In this document: piece by piece, positions 60,558 through 64,000 of the stretch
Layout: the number at the start of each line of letters is the position of its first letter
How positions within the stretch are numbered: the first letter of the stretch is position 1
Source: an uncultured cyanobacterium
Lineage (GTDB): Bacteria; Cyanobacteriota; Cyanobacteriia; Cyanobacteriales; Microcystaceae
Assembly (NCBI GenBank): GCA_963807635.1
Contig: CAWEDJ010000039.1
Span: 22,767-86,766 of the forward strand
Reading direction: 5' to 3'
DNA: 64,000 bases
The notes under the pieces: model-generated
The model's database searches: none
The model's input: only the letters and a program-made list of their open reading frames with translations
What the model was told of the DNA's origin: nothing
Translations under genes and position numbers: made by a program

Positions 60558-60772
60558 ATAGAACCTCTGAACAAGCCTTTGAAAATGCGATCGCCGATGT
60601 TTTATTAGTGCGATCACCGATCTTATAGGTTAGTTTGATAACAGGAAACCCAACGTTCCAAAGGTAAAAATGAGCGCGATCTATTTGTGATGGAAAAGGA
60701 TGATCGCAGTTTGTTGTTTGTAATTAAAAAGGGCGATCGCCGCTTAATTTTGAGTCAATTTGAAGGAGAAAT

Positions 60773-60797
60773 AAAAAGGGCTTATGGTATTAAGCCC
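60773..60797 (-). terminator. Intrinsic terminator of the second clpB
   Basis: GGGCTTA-N6-TAAGCCC stem followed by T5 on the minus strand. Confidence 0.7.
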
Positions 60798-60807
60798 CTG
60801 CAAAAAT

Positions 60808-63426
60808 TTAAGCAGTCAGTAACTCATTAGAAAGATGCTTGAAACTTAAACGTTCAGCTTCAACATCCACAAAAATTGTGTCGCCCTGTTTATATTGCCC
60901 GCGTAAAATTGATTTCGCGATCGCGGTTTCGAGATAACGTTGAATAGCCCGTTTTAAAGGCCGCGCACCATAGATAGGATCATAACCAATTTCTGCAAGG
61001 AAATCTAAGGCACTTTCTGATAATTTGAGGGATAACTTTTGTTCCGTTAAACGAGATTCCAAACGTTGAACTTGAATTTTAACAATCTCCCGTAATTGCG
61101 TTTTTTGTAACCCATGAAAAATAATCGTTTCATCCACCCGATTGAGGAATTCAGGACGGAAATTTGCCTGCATCACTTCCATGACTCGCGATCGCATTTC
61201 CTCATATTTAGAATCATCCCCCGCCACATCTAAAATGTATTGGGAACCGAGATTACTGGTCATAATAATAATGGTATTTTTGAAATCCACCACATGACCC
61301 TGGGCATCGGTTAAACGCCCATCATCGAGGATTTGCAACATCACATTAAAGACATCTCCGTGAGCTTTTTCAATTTCATCAAAGAGAATAACCGAATAGG
61401 GACGACGACGAATCGCTTCCGTTAATTGCCCGCCTTCTTCATAGCCCACATATCCTGGAGGCGCACCCATTAAGCGAGAAACAGTATGTTTTTCCATGTA
61501 TTCAGACATATCAATGCGGACGATCGCCTCTTCCGTATCAAAGAGATTTTGGGCTAAAGCCTTGGCTAATTCCGTTTTCCCGACCCCCGTTGGGCCTAGG
61601 AAAATAAAACTTGCTGTCGGACGATTTGGATCGGATAAACCCGCCCGCGATCGTTGGATGGCTTCAGCAACGGCGGTAACCGCTTCTTCTTGGCCAATAA
61701 CGCGATCGTGTAATTCATCCTCTAAATGTAAGAGTTTTTCCTTCTCAGATTCCACTAATTTACTAATAGGAATACCCGTCCATTTAGCAATAATTTCGGC
61801 AATATCTGACTCTAGAACTTCTTCTCGTAAAAGAGATTTTCCAGAGGTTTGTTTATCTGCTAATTGGATTTCAAATTCCTTAACTTTTCGTTGGAGATCC
61901 GTTAAAGTTCCATAGCGTAATTCTGCCGCTTTATTGAGGTCATAATCCCGTTCGGCTTGTTGAATTTCTAGATTGACTTGATCGATTTTTTCTTTGACAG
62001 TACGAATTTGATCAATGACTTCTTTTTCCGATTGCCATTGTCCATTCAATTTTGACTGTTCTTCCTTGAGATTCGCTAGTTCTTGTTCAATTTTTTCTAG
62101 CCGTTCCTGAGAAGCCACATCATTATCTTTTTGTAAAGACAAACGCTCCATTTCTAATTGGAGAACTTTACGGTCAACTTCATCCAATTCCTCTGGTTTA
62201 GAGGTGATTTCCATCTTTAATTTAGCCGCAGATTCATCCACTAAATCAATGGCTTTATCGGGCAAAAAGCGATCGCTGATATATCGATTGGATAAAACGG
62301 CAGCCGCCACTAAGGCACTATCGGCAATTTTAACCCCGTGATGAACTTCATAGCGTTCCTTCAACCCCCGCAGGATCGAGATAGTATCAATCACATTGGG
62401 TTCATCCACTAAAACTGGTTGAAAACGCCGTTCTAGGGCCGCATCTTTTTCGATATATTTGCGATATTCATCCAAGGTTGTTGCGCCAATACAATGCAGT
62501 TCTCCCCGCGCTAACATGGGTTTTAATAAATTACCTGCATCCATTGCACCTTCGGCCGCACCCGCCCCCACAACGGTATGAATTTCATCAATAAAGAGAA
62601 TAATATTGCCCTGACTTTCGGTAACTTCTTTAAGGACGGCTTTCAGTCTTTCTTCAAATTCACCGCGATATTTTGCTCCCGCAATTAAAGCTCCCATATC
62701 TAAAGCAATTAGTTTGCGATCGCGTAAAGAATCGGGGACATCACGGTTAATAATTCGTTGGGCTAAACCTTCCACAATCGCAGTTTTACCGACTCCAGGT
62801 TCCCCAATTAAAACAGGATTATTTTTGGTACGGCGAGACAAAATTTGAATAGTACGGCGAATTTCATCATCCCGCCCAATCACGGGATCAACCTTTCCTT
62901 CACGGGCCATTTGGGTTAAGTCCCGCCCATATTTTTCAAGGGATTCATATTTACCTTCGGGATTTTGATCAGTCACTTTTTGACTACCTCTTACTTGTGT
63001 AATAATATTTTTTAATTGAATTTCTGTGAGTCCAAATTCTTGAAATAAATTTTTTCCAAAGTGATCATCTTTAGCATAGGCTAAAATGAGGTGTTCAATG
63101 GAAATAAAATCATCTTTAAACTCTTTACGAAAAGCTTCGGCTCGGTCTAATAGCGTGTCTAAACTACGGCCTAAATAAATCGATTCACTCGGATTCGCGA
63201 TTTTGGGTTGACTGTTGATAAACGCTTCTACGCGATCGCGGAATTTGGGAACACTGACATTGGCTTTATTGAGGATACTAATGGCCAGCCCCTCTTCTTC
63301 TAATAGGGCTTTGAGGAGGTGTTCGCTTTCAATTTGTTGTTGTTTATGTTGTTTCGCAATGTCGGGAGTCCGTACAAGGGCTTCCCAAGCTTTTTCGGTG
63401 AATTGGTTGGGATTGGTGGGTTGCAT
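60808..63426 (-). CDS. clpB: ATP-dependent chaperone ClpB (872-aa paralogue)
   Basis: Start set at [11 protein letters not shown]. Two AAA+ modules and an M-domain. Confidence 0.97.
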   Translation of the reverse strand: MQPTNPNQFTEKAWEALVRTPDIAKQHKQQQIESEHLLKALLEEEGLAISILNKANVSVPKFRDRVEAFINSQPKIANPSESIYLGRSLDTLLDRAEAFRKEFKDDFISIEHLILAYAKDDHFGKNLFQEFGLTEIQLKNIITQVRGSQKVTDQNPEGKYESLEKYGRDLTQMAREGKVDPVIGRDDEIRRTIQILSRRTKNNPVLIGEPGVGKTAIVEGLAQRIINRDVPDSLRDRKLIALDMGALIAGAKYRGEFEERLKAVLKEVTESQGNIILFIDEIHTVVGAGAAEGAMDAGNLLKPMLARGELHCIGATTLDEYRKYIEKDAALERRFQPVLVDEPNVIDTISILRGLKERYEVHHGVKIADSALVAAAVLSNRYISDRFLPDKAIDLVDESAAKLKMEITSKPEELDEVDRKVLQLEMERLSLQKDNDVASQERLEKIEQELANLKEEQSKLNGQWQSEKEVIDQIRTVKEKIDQVNLEIQQAERDYDLNKAAELRYGTLTDLQRKVKEFEIQLADKQTSGKSLLREEVLESDIAEIIAKWTGIPISKLVESEKEKLLHLEDELHDRVIGQEEAVTAVAEAIQRSRAGLSDPNRPTASFIFLGPTGVGKTELAKALAQNLFDTEEAIVRIDMSEYMEKHTVSRLMGAPPGYVGYEEGGQLTEAIRRRPYSVILFDEIEKAHGDVFNVMLQILDDGRLTDAQGHVVDFKNTIIIMTSNLGSQYILDVAGDDSKYEEMRSRVMEVMQANFRPEFLNRVDETIIFHGLQKTQLREIVKIQVQRLESRLTEQKLSLKLSESALDFLAEIGYDPIYGARPLKRAIQRYLETAIAKSILRGQYKQGDTIFVDVEAERLSFKHLSNELLTA

Positions 63427-63546
63427 AGGATTTTCGTATAGGTGACTACAACTCCCATTGTAGGGGTGAAGTTTACAGGGAGGGGATGGGGTTTTCCCGA
63501 TATCATGGTGCGGTTTTCCAGTTTGGAGTGATCGGAGCATGAACTG

Positions 63547-63941
63547 CTAGGTAATTCCAAGAGATTGCTTCATTAAGCTGGAAAGAATTTGAATTAAAAT
63601 ACCAATGGGAACGGCTCCTCCCCCTTTTTCTTCAATTTTTTTCATTGCATTTTTCCAACGACTTTCATCTCTTGAAGCATCTAAAAAATCATGCCCTTCC
63701 ATCGTTAATCGATCAACAACAAATCCTCCGTCTAAATCTCGAACTTTTGCAAGATTTTGATCACCAAGAAGTAATACATGTTCTCGTACCTTATTGAATT
63801 CTTGATCACTGATTTCTCGAGATAGTGATTTCCACCATAAGTTGCTTTATATTTTTCGTTTATAAAAACAACAGGAAGTGCTTCTTCACAGGATTCCACA
63901 TCAATTAAAATAGAACGTAATAAATCCCAATCTCTTTTCAT
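63547..63941 (-). pseudogene. DUF2513 domain protein (frameshifted)
   Basis: MKRDWDLLRSIL N-terminus, then in another frame RLTMEGHDFLDASRDESRW. Confidence 0.75.
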
Positions 63942-64000
63942 ACTTTTGAATCTTTAAAGAAAAACAAGAAAATAAAAATAGCTCAGCGCGTAGGTTGAGT

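Larger units (their letters stand above)
57118..60740 (+). repeat. HIP1-dyad direct repeats (57118-57155, 60702-60740) flanking the XisI-ATPase-HNH cassette
   Basis: GATCGCAGTTT...GTT..TAATT.AAAA..GCGATCGC in both copies. Confidence 0.7.

Noticed and set aside
63485..63505. K-box-like motif upstream of clpB (similar sequence near 32511)
   Set aside because: Spacing and bases deviate from GTTCGG-NNAN-CCNNAC, too weak to call.
63427..63540. 38-aa N-terminal extension of ClpB in the ORF track
   Set aside because: The paralogue and homologues start at MQPT. The extension overlaps a likely promoter (TACAAT on the minus strand).

Overview
Cyanobacterial chromosomal window. The HIP1 octamer GCGATCGC is abundant and the proteins resemble Synechocystis-type ones. 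Core genes include valS, tRNA-Val, lysC, two clpB paralogues, gnd, ndhD1, mutS2, sqdB/sqdX, amt and a Ca2+/H+ antiporter. These alternate with small accessory islands of toxin-antitoxin and defence genes (GmrSD-like, DUF4238, HicAB, DUF433/DUF5615, MazF, RelE, VapC, Septu-like ATPase+HNH) and IS elements (two IS5, three IS630, one complete and one partial ISKra4/ISLre2-like). Main observation: each clpB gene is followed by accessory cassettes and then a displaced, diverged copy of its own 3' end that begins at an internal HIP1 site. Individual cassettes are bracketed by direct repeats built from paired HIP1 sites, and no integrase is visible. This suggests HIP1-anchored accretion of cassettes (inference). 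Many toxin and nuclease genes are inactivated by in-frame stops, truncation or IS insertion. The IS5 pair forms a composite unit with a 6-bp outer duplication. Frameshifts in several housekeeping genes suggest some indels are assembly errors. All alignments and identities were counted by hand.
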